A stretch of 64,000 nucleotides of DNA from Squalus acanthias (Eukaryota), in the NCBI GenBank assembly GCA_030390025.1, contig CM059431.1, forward strand, positions 158,970,001 to 159,034,000. The letters are read 5' to 3'. The notes beneath the pieces were generated by a model that was not told where the DNA came from, searched no databases, and saw only the letters and a list, made by a program, of their open reading frames with translations. Below are positions 1-13,200 of the stretch, in pieces (the first letter of the stretch is position 1; every line of letters starts with the position of its first letter). A program made the translations under genes and the position numbers.

Positions 1-2614
1 TCCCTTTCATAAAGCCATGTTCACTCTGCTTGATTGTACTATGATTTTCTAACAGTCGTGCTGCTACTCCCTTAATAATGGAATCAAGCATTTTCCCAAT
101 GACAGATGTTACACTAACTGGCCTATAGTTTCCTGATTTCTGTCTCGCTCCTTTCTTGAAAAGGAAAGTTACATTAGCGGTTTTCCATTGCGCTGGAAAC
201 TTTCCAGCATCTAGAGAACCTTGGAAGATTACAACCAATGCATTCACTATTTCTGCAGCCACTTATTTTAAGACGCTAGAATGCAGGCCATCAGGCCCAA
301 GGGATTTGTTAGCCTTTTGTCAAATTAGTTTGCCCAGTACTTTTTTTCTAGTGATAGTGATTGTTTTAAGTTCCTCCCTCACCTTTACCCCTTGATTATC
401 TATTATTAATGGGATTCTTTTAGTGTATTCTGCCGTGAAGATAGCTGCAAAATATTTGTTCAAAGTCTCTGCCATGTCCTTGTTTTCCATTATTAATTCC
501 CCAGTCTCAGCCTCTAAGGGACCAATACTTTTTTTTTAGCTACTCTCTTCCTTATATATACTTGGAGAAGCTTTACTGTTTGTTTGTATATTTCTTGTTA
601 GTTTACTCTCATAATCTATTTTCCACCTTTTTATTATTTTTTAGTCATCCTTTGCTGGTTTCTAAACAATTCCAAATGTTCTGGCATACCACTTATCTTC
701 GTAGCATTATATGCATTTTCTTTCAAATTGATACCATCCTTAACTTCCTTAGTTAGCCACGATGGTTCATCCTCCTCGTAGAGTCTTTCTTTCTCACTGG
801 AATATATTTTGTTGAGAGTTATGAAATATCTACTTAAATGTCTGCCACTGCTTATCTGCAATTTTACCTTTAAATCTTTTTTCCCAGTCCACTTTAGCCA
901 ACTCTGCCTTCATACCTTTGCAATTGCCTTTAGTAAAGTTTGAGACACTATTTCCAGACTAAAGTTTCTCACCCTCAAATTGAATGTGAAAATCTACATT
1001 CTATGATAACACTTCCTGGAGAATCCTTTATCATTAATTAGTCCTATCTCATGACACATTACCAGATCTAAAATAGCCTGTTCCCTGGTTGGTTCCACAA
1101 CGTATTGTTCTAAGAAAACGTCCCGAATACACTCTATGAACTCATCCTCAAGGCTACCCTTGCCAATTTGATTGGTCTAATCTATATGGAGATTAAAATC
1201 GCCAATGATTATTGCAGTACCTTTCTTACAAGCCCCCATTATTTATTGATTTATACTCTGTCCTACCGTGTAGCTACTGTTAGGTGAACTATAGACTACT
1301 CCCACCAGTGAGTTCTTTCCCTTACTATTTCTTATCTCCACCCAAACTGATTCTACATCTTGATCTTCCGAGCCAAGTTCATTTCGCACGACTGTGCTGA
1401 TCTCATCCTTTATGAACAGAGGTACACCACCTCCTTTTCCTTTCTGCCTATACTTCAGAAATGTCAAATATCCCATGAAATTCAGTTCCCAGCCTTGGTC
1501 ACCTTGCAACCACATCTCTGTAATGGCTATCAGATCATACCCATTTATTTCTATTCGTGCCGTCAATTCATCTATCTTGTTACGAATGCTGCCTGCATTT
1601 AGATAAAGTGCCTTAAATCGTGTATGTTTACGATTTTCCCTATTCTGACCCAATTTGCTCGTGCACACTTACGTTTGTACGCTCTGTCCCTTCCTGTCGC
1701 ACTCTGGTTATCATTACCCTTAGCGCTACCTTGCACTATTGCCATGTCCATTCTCGCTAACTTTCTAAATTACCCCAAACCTGACACCAGACCCCCACCC
1801 CCCGCCCCCGTCCACTTTTTAGTTTAAAGCACTATCTGTAGTCCTAATTATTCGATTCGCCAGGACACTGCTCCCAACATGGTTGAAGTGAAGCCCGTCC
1901 CAACAGAACTATTCCCTCTTTCCCCAGTACTAGTGGCAGTGCACCATGAATCGAAATAAATTTCACCCACTCCAAGTTTTTAGCCAACCATTCAATGCTC
2001 TGATCTCACTGACACTATGCCAATTTGCTCGTGGTTCAGGTAGCAATCCAGAGGTTATTAGCTTTGGGGTTCTGCTTTTTAATTTGGATCCGAGCTCCGG
2101 GAACTCCCTCAGCAGAACCGCATTCCCAGTTCTACCTATATCGTTGTTTCCTACGTGGACCACGACAACTGGAAACAACTTCCCAACCCGCACCCCGCCG
2201 CCCCCCCCGCCCCCGCCACTACAAGTACTCCTCCAGCCGCGAGGTGGTGTCTTTGATCATGGCACCGGACAGGCAACACAACCTTTGGAACAATCGGTCG
2301 TGGCTGCAGAGAACAGTATCTATCCCCATGATTATACTGCCCCTTGCTCAACTACATTTACTTTCACACAACCCACTTGAATGGCCTGCTGCACCATGGT
2401 GCCATGGTCAGCTTGCTCATCCATCCTGCAGGTTTTTCCCTCATCCACACATGAAGCAAGAACCTCATACCTGTTGGACAAGGACAAAGGCTGAGGCTCC
2501 TCCAGCACGGCACCCGGGGACCCCTTACCTGCCTGAGTTGCAGTCCACACCCACCTGACCCCGAGCACTAACCAGAACTGTGCCACTACCTAACGGAAGG
2601 GGCGTGACTGCCTC
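1..2614 (-). mobile_element. Old CR1 LINE (left part), host of ERV-A: ORF1 SGNH esterase region and ORF2 APE endonuclease/linker, degenerate
   Basis: ORF 1243-1668(-) has LYLNAGSI..DLIAITEMWL..GGGV..ESVWVEI (APE); ORF 1963-2193(-) has VVVHVGNNDI..SGLLP (esterase); runs off the window start. Confidence 0.9.
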
Positions 2615-4074
2615 TGTCAGATTCTCAACATTCACAGATCCCCAAAACTAGAAGACAACCGTAAGGAAAATACTTTGGACTCCTTTCTAGCTATTACAGG
2701 GTGCTGAAGGGCATTGGGTCTAACTGGAGGTCCCTTTGAGTAAAAAGCAAGATTTGGTACTTTTCAAACATGTAAGGGAGAAAAGGCTGTGAAGGAAGGT
2801 GGGTTCAAACTCTGTAAAAAAAGTTTGGGTATTGGAGCTAATGGGAACTGTCTGGGGAACTGCATGATCTCGCTGCGAGTTTAAATCGGCCCCTATCAGA
2901 CATTAGCATCCTAACAATAAACCCGAGGAAAACCAGTCTCCACCCCAAGTTGCAGAATCCATTAAGACATGCATGAAACAGATTACTTCGGCCTACTCCA
3001 TAGAAATCAAACGCCCAGCCAAGAAAACCCAAAACATAAGAACAATAAAACTCCGATTAATTGGCAAATTGACAGGATGGGTGTCATCCCAGAATCCCTT
3101 CACACCTTAACAAACCAGTTACCGTTAACGAGCCCGCCAAAACCATCAAAGACCGAGACCTGATTTGGCACGCAGATAAGGAAGCTTCAATGGGTATAAT
3201 TGAAGGCCCGTTCTCAACTTGTAAAAGAAGAAGAGGAAGGAAGAACAGGAAGACATTTGACGGAGGCATTCTCCGCAACACAGTTCAAAAACCAACACCA
3301 TTTAGCATTCCGTGTCCAGCAAGGAGGTCGACAGCTCGAAGGCCAGACCATCCAACAAAGTACGCCGACACGTGAAGAAACCAGAACGACCGCCTCAGTG
3401 ATCATCGGACACCTCGCGGCAACAAGGCCCTCAAGAAACAACCAACCAAACAACAAGTATTAATATTTGGGCCACCACGCCCAAAGAAAACGAACTCGAA
3501 GAAAACCGAAGAACCACAAAGTTTCCATTCTACAATCTATTCTTGACTTACCCCTGGGTTAGATTTTCCCTTAAAAAACTCTAAACCCTACTTCCAAACC
3601 AAAGAAAAGTGGGTACCCACCTGATAAATCCAATACGCATCCTATCACATCAGTGGACTCGCGAAGACTGACCAGATACGCAGTTGAAGTCCTCTACCGC
3701 GTATGGGGTACGGCAGACACCAACCGACATATAGAGAGATCCCCAACACCGCGAACTAACCTAACAGTCAAGGATTCTGGTGAGTATCATCCTTGGTCCT
3801 CTGGAGTCCAACTAGCTAGTAAAGTGGAATTGCGAGGGGTGACGTACTCTTGTAATGTGATTTCCCTCGCTTGTACCGAAGTGTACCCCCACTTTTAGAG
3901 TGTTCAGAGTGTTTGTGTTGTGTTTTACTCTCTTGAATAAAGATCAAAGTCCTTGAATCAAAACCAGTTGTCTGCGGCACTTTTTATCACAACCCCCAAA
4001 TAAGTCCAAATTCTAGAACCAAGGGAGTGGGAGCGATTCGAACCGCTCAGAAGAGAGGTGAAGCTTTCACAAAC
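2615..4074 (+). repeat. ERV-A 5' LTR (3' tip lost in a small deletion running into the PBS)
   Basis: Starts tgtcagattctc; colinear with 18001-18665 + 24084-24911; AATAAA at 3936-3941. Confidence 0.9.
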
Positions 4075-4089
4075 CGACCGTGGCAGGAC
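4075..4089 (+). promoter_or_regulatory. ERV-A primer-binding-site remnant, tRNA-Arg(UCG) type
   Basis: cgaccgtggcaggac equals the ERV-B PBS minus the leading tgg, with one CpG-type change. Confidence 0.8.
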
Positions 4090-4789
4090 CTTGGCAAAAG
4101 GGATGTGATGCAGTTGACACTGTTTTTGAGGAGAGAACCAAGATGGAAGAGAGAATTTCCTCTTATGTGATCGAGAAAGTGAACATAACCAAGAAATGGT
4201 TACTCAGTCTGTTGCGTGCTGAGCGTCCAATAGACGCTGCAGCTAAATGGACTTAGAGCAAGGACGACAAGAAATCTGTGGAAAAGGCCATCTGGTTGAT
4301 CTGCTCCCAGCGACTGATCCAACTGTTAGACAAACGTGTTGAGGCACTTAAGGCAGAACTGCAGGAGTCTGCTCAGCTGTCTGAAGCAAGGGCCCTAGCA
4401 GGAAAAACCCGAGTTCCTACAGTGTAGGAACCCCCACCCGCCCTCCTCCTCTAACCTACTAGTCTTTTAGCAGTCTAAAAACAGAGGTCACAAATTTTTT
4501 AGTCTCAGTTTCTTTTCAGCAGGGCAGGAACCGGGAGGAGCGGGATGTCGGCGTAGGACCAAGGGGACACAAGACCGGGAAGTCAGCGAAAGACCAGGGA
4601 GGTAAGACTAACTGGTAAGTACTTTCCTCAAACCTTCCTAGAAAGTAAAACTAAAACTAGTGGGATTTGGTTAGTTTAAAAAGGAATAAGAGGAGTACAG
4701 TATACATGGGTCTAAGTAAGCTTCGGGAAAACAAAAGTCAATAAATAAACTAAAACTAGAAAATTAAAAAGTAATATAAGGGTTAAGTC

Positions 4790-5738
4790 ATGGCAGCAGA
4801 GCTCGGACCTGTGTCATGCTCCTCCTGTAACATGTGGGAAATCAGGGACGCTTCCTGTGTCCCTGACAACCATGTGTGCGGGAAGTGTGTCCAGCTGCAG
4901 CTCATGTGGGATCGCATGACGGCCCTTGAGCTGCGGATGGACTCACTTTGGAGCATCCACGATTCTGAGAGGGTTGTGGATAGCACATTTAGTGAGTTGG
5001 TCACACCGCAGGTTAAGGCCAGCGTAGATAGTACATGGGTGACCAAAAGGCAGAGCAAGGGCAGGAAGGTAGTGCAGAAATCCCCTGGGGTTGTCTCCCT
5101 TAGCAACAGGTTCACCGCCTTAGGTGCTGTTGTCGGGGGGGATGACTCATCGGGGGAAGGCACCAGCAGCCAGGCTCATGGCAGCATGACTGGCTCTGTT
5201 GCAAAGAAGGGAGGGAAAAAAGAGTGGCAGGGCTATAGTAATAGGGGATTCGATTGTAAGGGGAATAGATAGGGGTTTCTGTGGTCGCGACCGAGACTCC
5301 AGGATGGTATGTTGCCTCCCTGGTGCAAGGGTCAAGGATGTCTCGGCGCGGGTGCAGAATATTCTGGAGGGGGAGGGGGAACAGCCAGTTGTCGTGATAC
5401 ATGTTGGTACCAACGACGTAGCTAAAAAAAGGGAAGAGGTCCTACAAGTAGAATTTAGGGAGTTAGGAGCCAAGCTAAAAAGTAGGACCTCGAAGGTAGT
5501 AATCTCTGGATTACTACCAGTGCCACGTGCTAGTAAGAGTACAGAGAACAGAATAGTTAGGCTAAATACGTGGCTTGAGCAGTGGTGTAAGAGGGAGGGT
5601 TTTAAATTTTTGAGGCATTGGAACCAGTTTTGTGGTAGGTGTGACCTATACAAAAGGGACGGTCTACACCTGTGCAAAGATGGAACTGATGTTCTCGGGG
5701 TAATTTTTGATAAAGCAGTTCGGGAGCATTTAAACTAG
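4790..5738 (+). pseudogene. CR1 ORF1: Cys-rich finger/leucine zipper + SGNH esterase, one frameshift
   Basis: CSSCNM..HVCGKC (ORF 4790-5272); VIGDSIVR..HVGTND..DGLHL (ORF 5199-5738). Confidence 0.9.
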
Positions 5739-5739
5739 T

Positions 5740-8672
5740 ATGGCAGGGGGCTAGAAACCTATGTAGTGAAATAGAGGAAAGTGAAAGGCAGACAGAAATA
5801 AATGGTAAAAGGGTGAGGAACAAAAAACAAAGGGCCACACTAATTCATAAAAAATGTGAGCATAAAAAAAGCCTGAGGGTTTTATACCTTAATGCGAGAA
5901 GCATCAGGAACAAGAATTAGCTGTGGAAATAGAGGTTAATAATTATGATCTAATTGGGATTACGGAAACATGGTTGCAGGGTGAGCAGGGCTTGGAGCTT
6001 AACATACAGGGGTATTCAGTATTTAGGAAGGATCGACAAAAAAGAAAGGGAAGAGGGGTAGCATTGCTGGTAAAAGAGGGGATAAATGCAATTGAAAGGA
6101 AGGATATTAACTCAGTTAATACAGAATCTATATGGGTGGAGCTAAGAAATAGCGAGGGGCGAAAAACATTAATAGGAGTGGTATATAGGCCTCCAAATAG
6201 TAAAATAGAGGTTGGGGAGGGCATCACGAGGGAAATTAGAGAAGCGTGCAATAAGAGCACAGCTGTCATCATAGGTGACTTTAACTTACATATAGATTGG
6301 ACTAGCCTAATCAGTAAAAATAATGAGGAGGAGGAATTCCTTGAGTGTTTAAGGGATGGTTATCTGGATCAATATGTCGAGGAACCAACTCGGGAACAGG
6401 CTATATTGGACTGGGTACTGTGCAATGAGAAGGGACTAATTAGTAATCTTGTTGTACGGGGACCCTTGGGTCAGAGCGATCATAACATGATCGATTTCTC
6501 ACTCGAAATGGAGAGCGAAGAAATTGACTCAGAGACTAAGGTCCTGAATTTAAACAAGGGGAATTATGATGCCATTAGACGGGAACTGAGTAGGTCTGAT
6601 TGGACAACGTTCCTGGGAGGACTGGAGGTAGATAAACAATGGCAAGCATTTAAAGATAGAATGACAAAATTGCAAAAATTGTTTATACCAATCTGGCATA
6701 AAAGGAAATCTAAAAAGGTGACTCAACCGTGGATAACAGGGGGAATTAGAGACAGCATAAAATCCAAAGATAGGGCGTATAAAATAGCCAAAAAAAGCGC
6801 CAGAGCGGAAGATTGGGAACAGTTTAAGATAGAGCAAAGGAGGACAAAGGGCTTAAGCAAGAGGGGCAAAATAGCTTACGAAAGCAAGCTGGCGGAAAAT
6901 ATAAAAACTAACTCCAAAAGCTTTTATAAGTATATCAAGAGGAAAAGACTGGTGAAAACCAAAGTTGGTCCATTGCAGTCAGATACGGGGGAATATATAA
7001 CGGGAAATAAGGAAATGGCAGACCAACTAAATGCATACTTTGGGTCAGTCTTTACGAAGGAAGACACAAAAAACCTCCCTGGGATATCGGGAAAAATAGG
7101 GACATTGGCAAAGGAGGAACTGACGCAACTCAATATCTCTAAGGATATGGTGTTAAGGAAGCTAAAGGGATTGAAGGCGGACAAATCCCCAGGGCCTGAT
7201 AACATGCATCCTAGGGTACTGAAGGAGGTGGCCCTAGAGATAGCGGATGCACTAAGTATGATTTTTCAGAATTCATTAGACTCGGGAACAGTGCCCATGG
7301 ATTGGAGGGTAGCTAACGTTACCCCACTATTCAAAAAGGGGGGTAGGGAAAAAGCAGGTAATTACAGACCTGTAAGCCTTACATCAGTTGTGGGCAAAAT
7401 GCTGGAGTCCATCATTAAGGATGAAATAGCGGAGCACTTAGCAAATGGGGACAGGATAGGACAGAGTCAACATGGATTTACAAAGGGTAAATCGTGCTCG
7501 ACTAATCTATTGGAATTTTTTGAGGGAGTAACTGGTAAAATAGATGGGGGAGAGCCATTGATGTGGTGTACCTGGACTTCCAAAAGGCCTTCGATAAGGT
7601 CCCACATAAAAGATTAGCATGGAAAATTGAAGCTCATGGGATAAAGGGGAAAGTATTGACATGGATAGAGAACTGGCTGTCAGATAGAAAACAGAGAGTT
7701 GGAATAAACGGCTCATTTTCTGAATGGCAGGCAGTAACAAGTGGGGTACCACAGGGATCTGTCCTGGGTCCCCAGCTGTTCACAATTTACATTAATGACC
7801 TGGATCAGGGAGTCGGATGCAGCATTTTCAAATTTGCAGACGACACTAAACTAGGAGGGGGGGTGGGCTCAGAGGAGGAGACCAGGAAGCTCCAGAGCGA
7901 TTTGGACAGACTGGGTGATTGGGCGGATAAATGGCAGAAGCACTATAATGTGGACAAGTGCGAAGTTATCCACCTTGGGTGCAGGAACGGGAGGGCAAAT
8001 TATTATTTAAATGGCAATAAATTGGGAGAGGGGGAAGTACAGAGAGACCTAGGTGTTCTTGTACACCAGTCACTGAAGGCGAGCATGCAGGTGCAACAGG
8101 CGATCAAGAAGGCAAACGGTATGCTGGCCTTCATAGCAAAAGGGTTGGAATACAGGAACAGGGATACCTTGCTGCAGCTGTACAGGGCACTGGTGAGACC
8201 ACACCTCGAGTACTGTGTACAGTTTTGGTCGCCTCATCTGAGGAAAGATGTTCTTGCCATGGAGGGGGTGCAGCGGCGATTCACCAGGCTGATACCAGGA
8301 ATGGCGGGATTGACCTATGAGGAGAGACTATGTAGTTTAGGGATGTACACACTGGAGTTTAGAAGATTGAGAGGGGACCTCATAGAAGTGTATAAAATTC
8401 TGACAGGTCTAGACAGACTAGATGCAGAAGGAATGGTTCCCTTGGCGGGTGAGAACAGAAGTAGAGGACATAATTTAAGGATAAGGGCTAAACCATTTAG
8501 GACAGAAATGAGGGGGAATTTCTTCACTCAGAGGGTGGTGAACCTGTGGAACTCATTGCCACAGAGGGCAGTGTACGCCAGCTCATTAAATATATTTAAG
8601 AGGGAATTAGATATATTTCTACAGGCAAAAGGGATTAAGGGTTACGGAGAGAAGGCGGGGACGGGATACTGA
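5740..8672 (+). pseudogene. CR1 ORF2: APE endonuclease + reverse transcriptase, frameshifted near 5920 and 7560
   Basis: ITETWL, GDFN, SDHN, NYRPVSLTS, GVPQGSVLGP, FADDTKL. Confidence 0.95.
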
Positions 8673-10249
8673 ATTGGAGGATCAGCCATGATCTCATTAA
8701 ATGGCGGAGCAGGCTCGAAGGGCCGGATGGCCTACTCCTGCTCCTATTTTCTATGTATCTATGTATTACTGAATGAGTTAACCATCCGAAATCAGGAAAA
8801 AATGCAGCTAGTGGATACACACAGAAACAGGCAGGAATATTTTCAGTGCCAGGTCACCGAAGCTAAAACCAGTGAACTGGTGTTGCGGGAAGAGAACACT
8901 CGCCTGGCCAAACAAGTAAGAGAGAAGGAGGAGAGGTTGAGAGGCGTCCAGGCCGCTTCCAAGATAGCAAACACGAGGGGGTATGAGGCGGCAGATGACG
9001 GTCCCTGCCAGAAACAAATCGGGAGCTTGATCCTTGGTCTGTCCAGGGCGAAAGGCGTGGTATGCCTACTAAGCCCGGGTGCGGACCGGGTGGAACTGGA
9101 AATGCAAAGGCAAACTTTTCGGACGCCACCTGTGGCGCCGGGGAACCACCCGGTTTTGCAGCAGGAGTGACGGACGATTTGTGAGGCTGGCAGGGAGTGT
9201 ACACCAACACCTGTGGCGCCGGGTTTTGACTCGATTAGGCAGCTGGGAGGGGAGGGCGAACCAATGCAGGAAACGACGGAGCCGGGGCCGAAGTGCTCGG
9301 TCTGGCAGCAAATGTTTGGCACGCCTGGTCGTGGTGGGGGTCAAGGACCCCTTGAAATCTAATTTGTGGCTCCGCATGGCACCCAACAGCTTAAGTCTAT
9401 GATAAAAAACCTGGGCAAGCTCACCCAAAAAGAATACCCCTAAGTCCACTTCATGGAAGTGGAACAGGCAGCGGGTATCAACGACTGCGATGATGCCGTA
9501 CTGGCAAAAATGCTCCTGTTCTCCCTAGATAGCAAAATTTAACAGTCCTTCTCTGCAGAGATTAAAAGAGGGCAGGGTGGATATGCTGCTATCCGGGAGG
9601 AAGTTCTGGAGGCCATGGGAATTAATGATGGTTGTCCCTTCTCCTGGGTGGAGAAGACAACCCAGCTAGTAGGGGAGACCCCACAGGCATTCACAGACCG
9701 ACTGTGGCCTGTATACAGGAGTGCCTGTAATGGGGTTATCGACCGGGCTCACCTGAATCAGAATGAGCTGGCCCACTGGCTCCGAAGCCTAGTGGCAAAC
9801 AGCTTGCCACGGATCAGGGCCAATCTGAGCTGCGGTTTGACTCGAACGACCCCGGGGTCACCGAGGAGACAGTGGTCAGACCACTGGCCCTGGCTTACCG
9901 GAATGGTAGAGGAACAGAAGAGCACCCACCTGAGGGAAAGGTCCACGAAATAAGGCCTAGTAAAAGGAAAAAGTGGCGCCAGGAATGGAGTAACCCTTCC
10001 AGCACGAATCGTAACTGCTTCGGTTGCGGGAAGATTTAGCATTGGCGAAAAGACTGTAGGAATCCGTGGAAGTATAACGTAGGGAAGAACTCCCCAGCTC
10101 CTGCCCCAAGCAGCGAAGCACCGACCACTTCCCCCACGCTAGACTCGGTCATGGCCGTAATCCGAGCTCCAGTCAACGGCCCGGTGAAAGATGCCACCGC
10201 CACTGGTGCTTTAGCCCCATTGCCCCCATCCCCCAACTCAGACTCATGA

Positions 10250-13200
10250 CTGGAACCAGCGCAGCCTGTCTACCTGTGTCTCTTGGAGTACGACGCATGG
10301 AAGAGAACACTCGTTAAGATGGAAGTGGAGAAGCTGAAAGTGACTTATCTGTTAGATACTGGAACTTTCAGCACCATAGTCTATTCAGCGAACTCCGCCG
10401 CCTCACCTCTGTCTAATGGGGTCCCGTACAGTTTAGTGGGGTTTACAGGTAACGAGCAGGCTGGCTCGTTCTCCATCCCGCTGTCTATTCAGTTAGGAGC
10501 ACTCCACATCAAGTGAACCTGTGTCCTGATGAACTGGGAATGGGAAGGGACGGGGATCCTGGGGGCCAACTTTATCACAGGCCATAGGATTCTAGTGGAT
10601 CTTAGGAACCACTGTCTGTGGGGAGCATGTACCGGCAGAGAAAGTGAAGTGGCAGTCATCCCAGGGAAACAGGGCAAGGGGACCTTTTGCACCCTGAAAC
10701 CAAAGGAAGGTTACGAACTCGAACGAATGGTCAGTAACACTCCGATGGCATACCAGGCATTTCTGCGAGTTCACCTCGCAGCATTTGCCACTCACAAGCA
10801 CGATTATGGGAGGCTAAACGGGGTCGAGGTTATTGTCAGCGGGGACCCCATGACCCAACGACAGAAGCAATACAATTTCCCCAGGGAGGCAGAAGCCGAC
10901 ATGGAAAAGGCCATGGCTTCTTTAGTAACACAGGGGATATTGAGATCGAAAGCCACCCACGTAAACTCTCCACTGTGGCCGGTTAGAAAACCAAACAACT
11001 CCTGGAGGGCCACAGTGGACTATCGGGTACCCAACCGTAACATCTCCGCCTGTGCACCCACAGTAGCAGCCGTCGCCGACCTCATCAGAAGTATCCCAGC
11101 ATCTGCGACCACTTTCACAGTGCTGGACATTTCCAACGGGCTTTGGTCCATCCCTTTACGAAGACAGGACCAGTACAAGTTCACCTTCACTTTTAAAGGC
11201 CAACAGTACACCTGGAACTGCCTACCTCAGGGCTTCCACAAGAGCCCTAGCATTTTTCACCAATGCATGGCGAATTGTTTGAATGGCTTCAGCCGGCCCC
11301 GTCAGTTGATACAATATGTGGATGACCTACTCCTGTTCACCGATGAGGGAGCGGAACACGGTCCACTACTGGCTGAACTGCTGGAGCTGCTCCGGCAAGA
11401 AGGCTTCAAGGTAAACCCCAAAAAGTTACAGATCGGTCAACTGGAAGTAAAATTCCTAGGGCTAACTGTGCGCGCTGGGGAAAGGGCCATCGTCAAAGCT
11501 AGGAGGGAAGCAGTGCAGAGTTACCAGCCCCCAACACAGTCAAAGGAGTGAGATCCTTTTTAGGGCTAACCAGGTACTGCAGAGATTTTATTGAGGATTA
11601 TGCAGACACCGCAGCCCCTCTGCTCCGACTCCTGCACAGGGTGTGGAGTGGGCCTTGGACGAGGGTTGCGAGGCACCCTTTCTCAAGTTAAAGAAAGATC
11701 TGCAGACCGCACCGGCTCCAGGGGCTATTGATGGGGAGAGTAAGTTTTTCCTGGAGGTGGCAGCCAGCGGGGACAGTCTGAGTGCCGTGCTGCTCCAAGA
11801 GAGGCACGTCCGGCTGAGACCGATGGTTTACTCCTTCAGGATACTCACCGATGTGGAGAAGGGCTATTCCAACTGTGAGAGGCACCTCTTCACCACTCAC
11901 TGCGCTGTGAAAAGATCACTGATCTTCACAGGCACATCTCCCATCACCCTGCTCACCAATCTCACGACCACAAAGATGCTCCTAGATGGGAGAATCGAAG
12001 ACGAGACAGTGAGCAGTGCCCGTATTGCTCGCTGGACCCTGCTTCTCTCCAAGATGGACCTAAGGGTGAAAGGTCTCTGCGAGCCGAAGCTCGCGGCCAA
12101 AATGATCTACCCAGGGACAGCCCACCGGTGTTCCATTGAAGTGGTATGGGAAGTTATCTTGTTTTTCGGGCCGGGATACACCCCACAGGCCGCGAAATCT
12201 ATGTGGACCGTTCGAGCACAGTATCTTCTGGCAAGCAACTCACCGGGTGTGGAGTTTATGACCAGGTGGAAGGCATTGCCCTGGCAATTAAACTCCCCAG
12301 CCCCATGAGCGCCCAGCAGGCTGAACTGTCCGCGGTAGTGTACCTGGTTACACACCCCGAGAAGTTCCCTACACCATACACGATTTGCTCGGACAGCATG
12401 TTCACATGCAATTCGTGTACGCAGTACCTGGCCATCTGGTCCCGTCGCGGAAATAACTCCGCTGATGGGAGACCCCTCACCATAAAGCCTCTGTTGGAGA
12501 AAATCATGCGGCTGTGGGGGAGGAAGGGAAGGTCTATATCCATAAGGTCAAGGCCCATTCAAAGACAGAGCCCAGGTGGGAGAGTAACTGTAAGGCAGAC
12601 GAGCAGGCCAAACAGGGGGCCAGGGATGGAGTATTCTGCGATCCGTAGCAAATTGGTCCGGTAGCCGCAATCCGGAGAAAGGGAGGCACCTAAGGGGTAG
12701 CCTTGGCCCCGGACTTAAAACAGGCCCAAGCCCAGGATACCCTCCTCAAGGCCTTCCTGAACGCCCTTGAAAAAGGGGAAAAAGATAAAGGGCTTGTACG
12801 GCACAGCAGCCATCACCGTTAAGAAAGGCATGCTGTTCAGGGGGGAGCAGTGGGTGGTGCCGCTTAGAAGGGAATTCCTTCAACTGGCCCATGAGGGTCC
12901 AGGAGCGGGGCATCCCGGACCTGAGACCACCTGGCAACGGATGGAACAGATAGGATGGTAGCCAGGACTGAGGAAGAAGTCCGCGTGTTTTGTGCCGGCT
13001 GTTTGGTGTATGCTGCTAACAATCCAGACTCCCAGAAAAGGAAGGTATCTATGGGACTCATCAGGAGGGTAGAAGGACCATGGCAGTCGATCTAGGTCGA
13101 TTACATCAGGACCCTACCCACCGCCCAGGGAGGATTTAAGTACTAACTAGTCCTTGTCTATGTGTTCTCTAAGTGGGTGGAAGCGTTCCCATGCCGTACT

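Larger units (their letters stand above)
4408..8765 (+). mobile_element. Young CR1 LINE, family a, essentially full length (5' UTR, ORF1, ORF2, (ctatgtat)n tail)
   Basis: Both ORFs present with few frameshifts; 3' stem-loop and microsatellite tail at about 8700-8765. Confidence 0.95.
4143..10249 (+). pseudogene. gag: ERV-A gag (coiled-coil N-terminus, capsid, CCHC knuckle), interrupted by CR1 at 4408-8765
   Basis: MEERISSYVIEKVNITKKW.. aligns with ERV-B MDERGADYVFGKVNLTKKW; MHR-like QLVGETPQAFTDRLW; CFGCGKI*HWRKDC at about 10016-10057; ends at TGA 10247-10249. Confidence 0.85.

Noticed and set aside
4413..4431. Palindrome gttcctaca-g-tgtaggaac at the CR1 5' end as a ribozyme
   Set aside because: Simple inverted repeat; no HDV-like or hammerhead core could be traced
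8315..8527. Recurrent antisense ORFs (MKKFPLIS.., MLSGPGDL..)
   Set aside because: Shadow frames of CR1 ORF2 that recur only because the copies are near-identical
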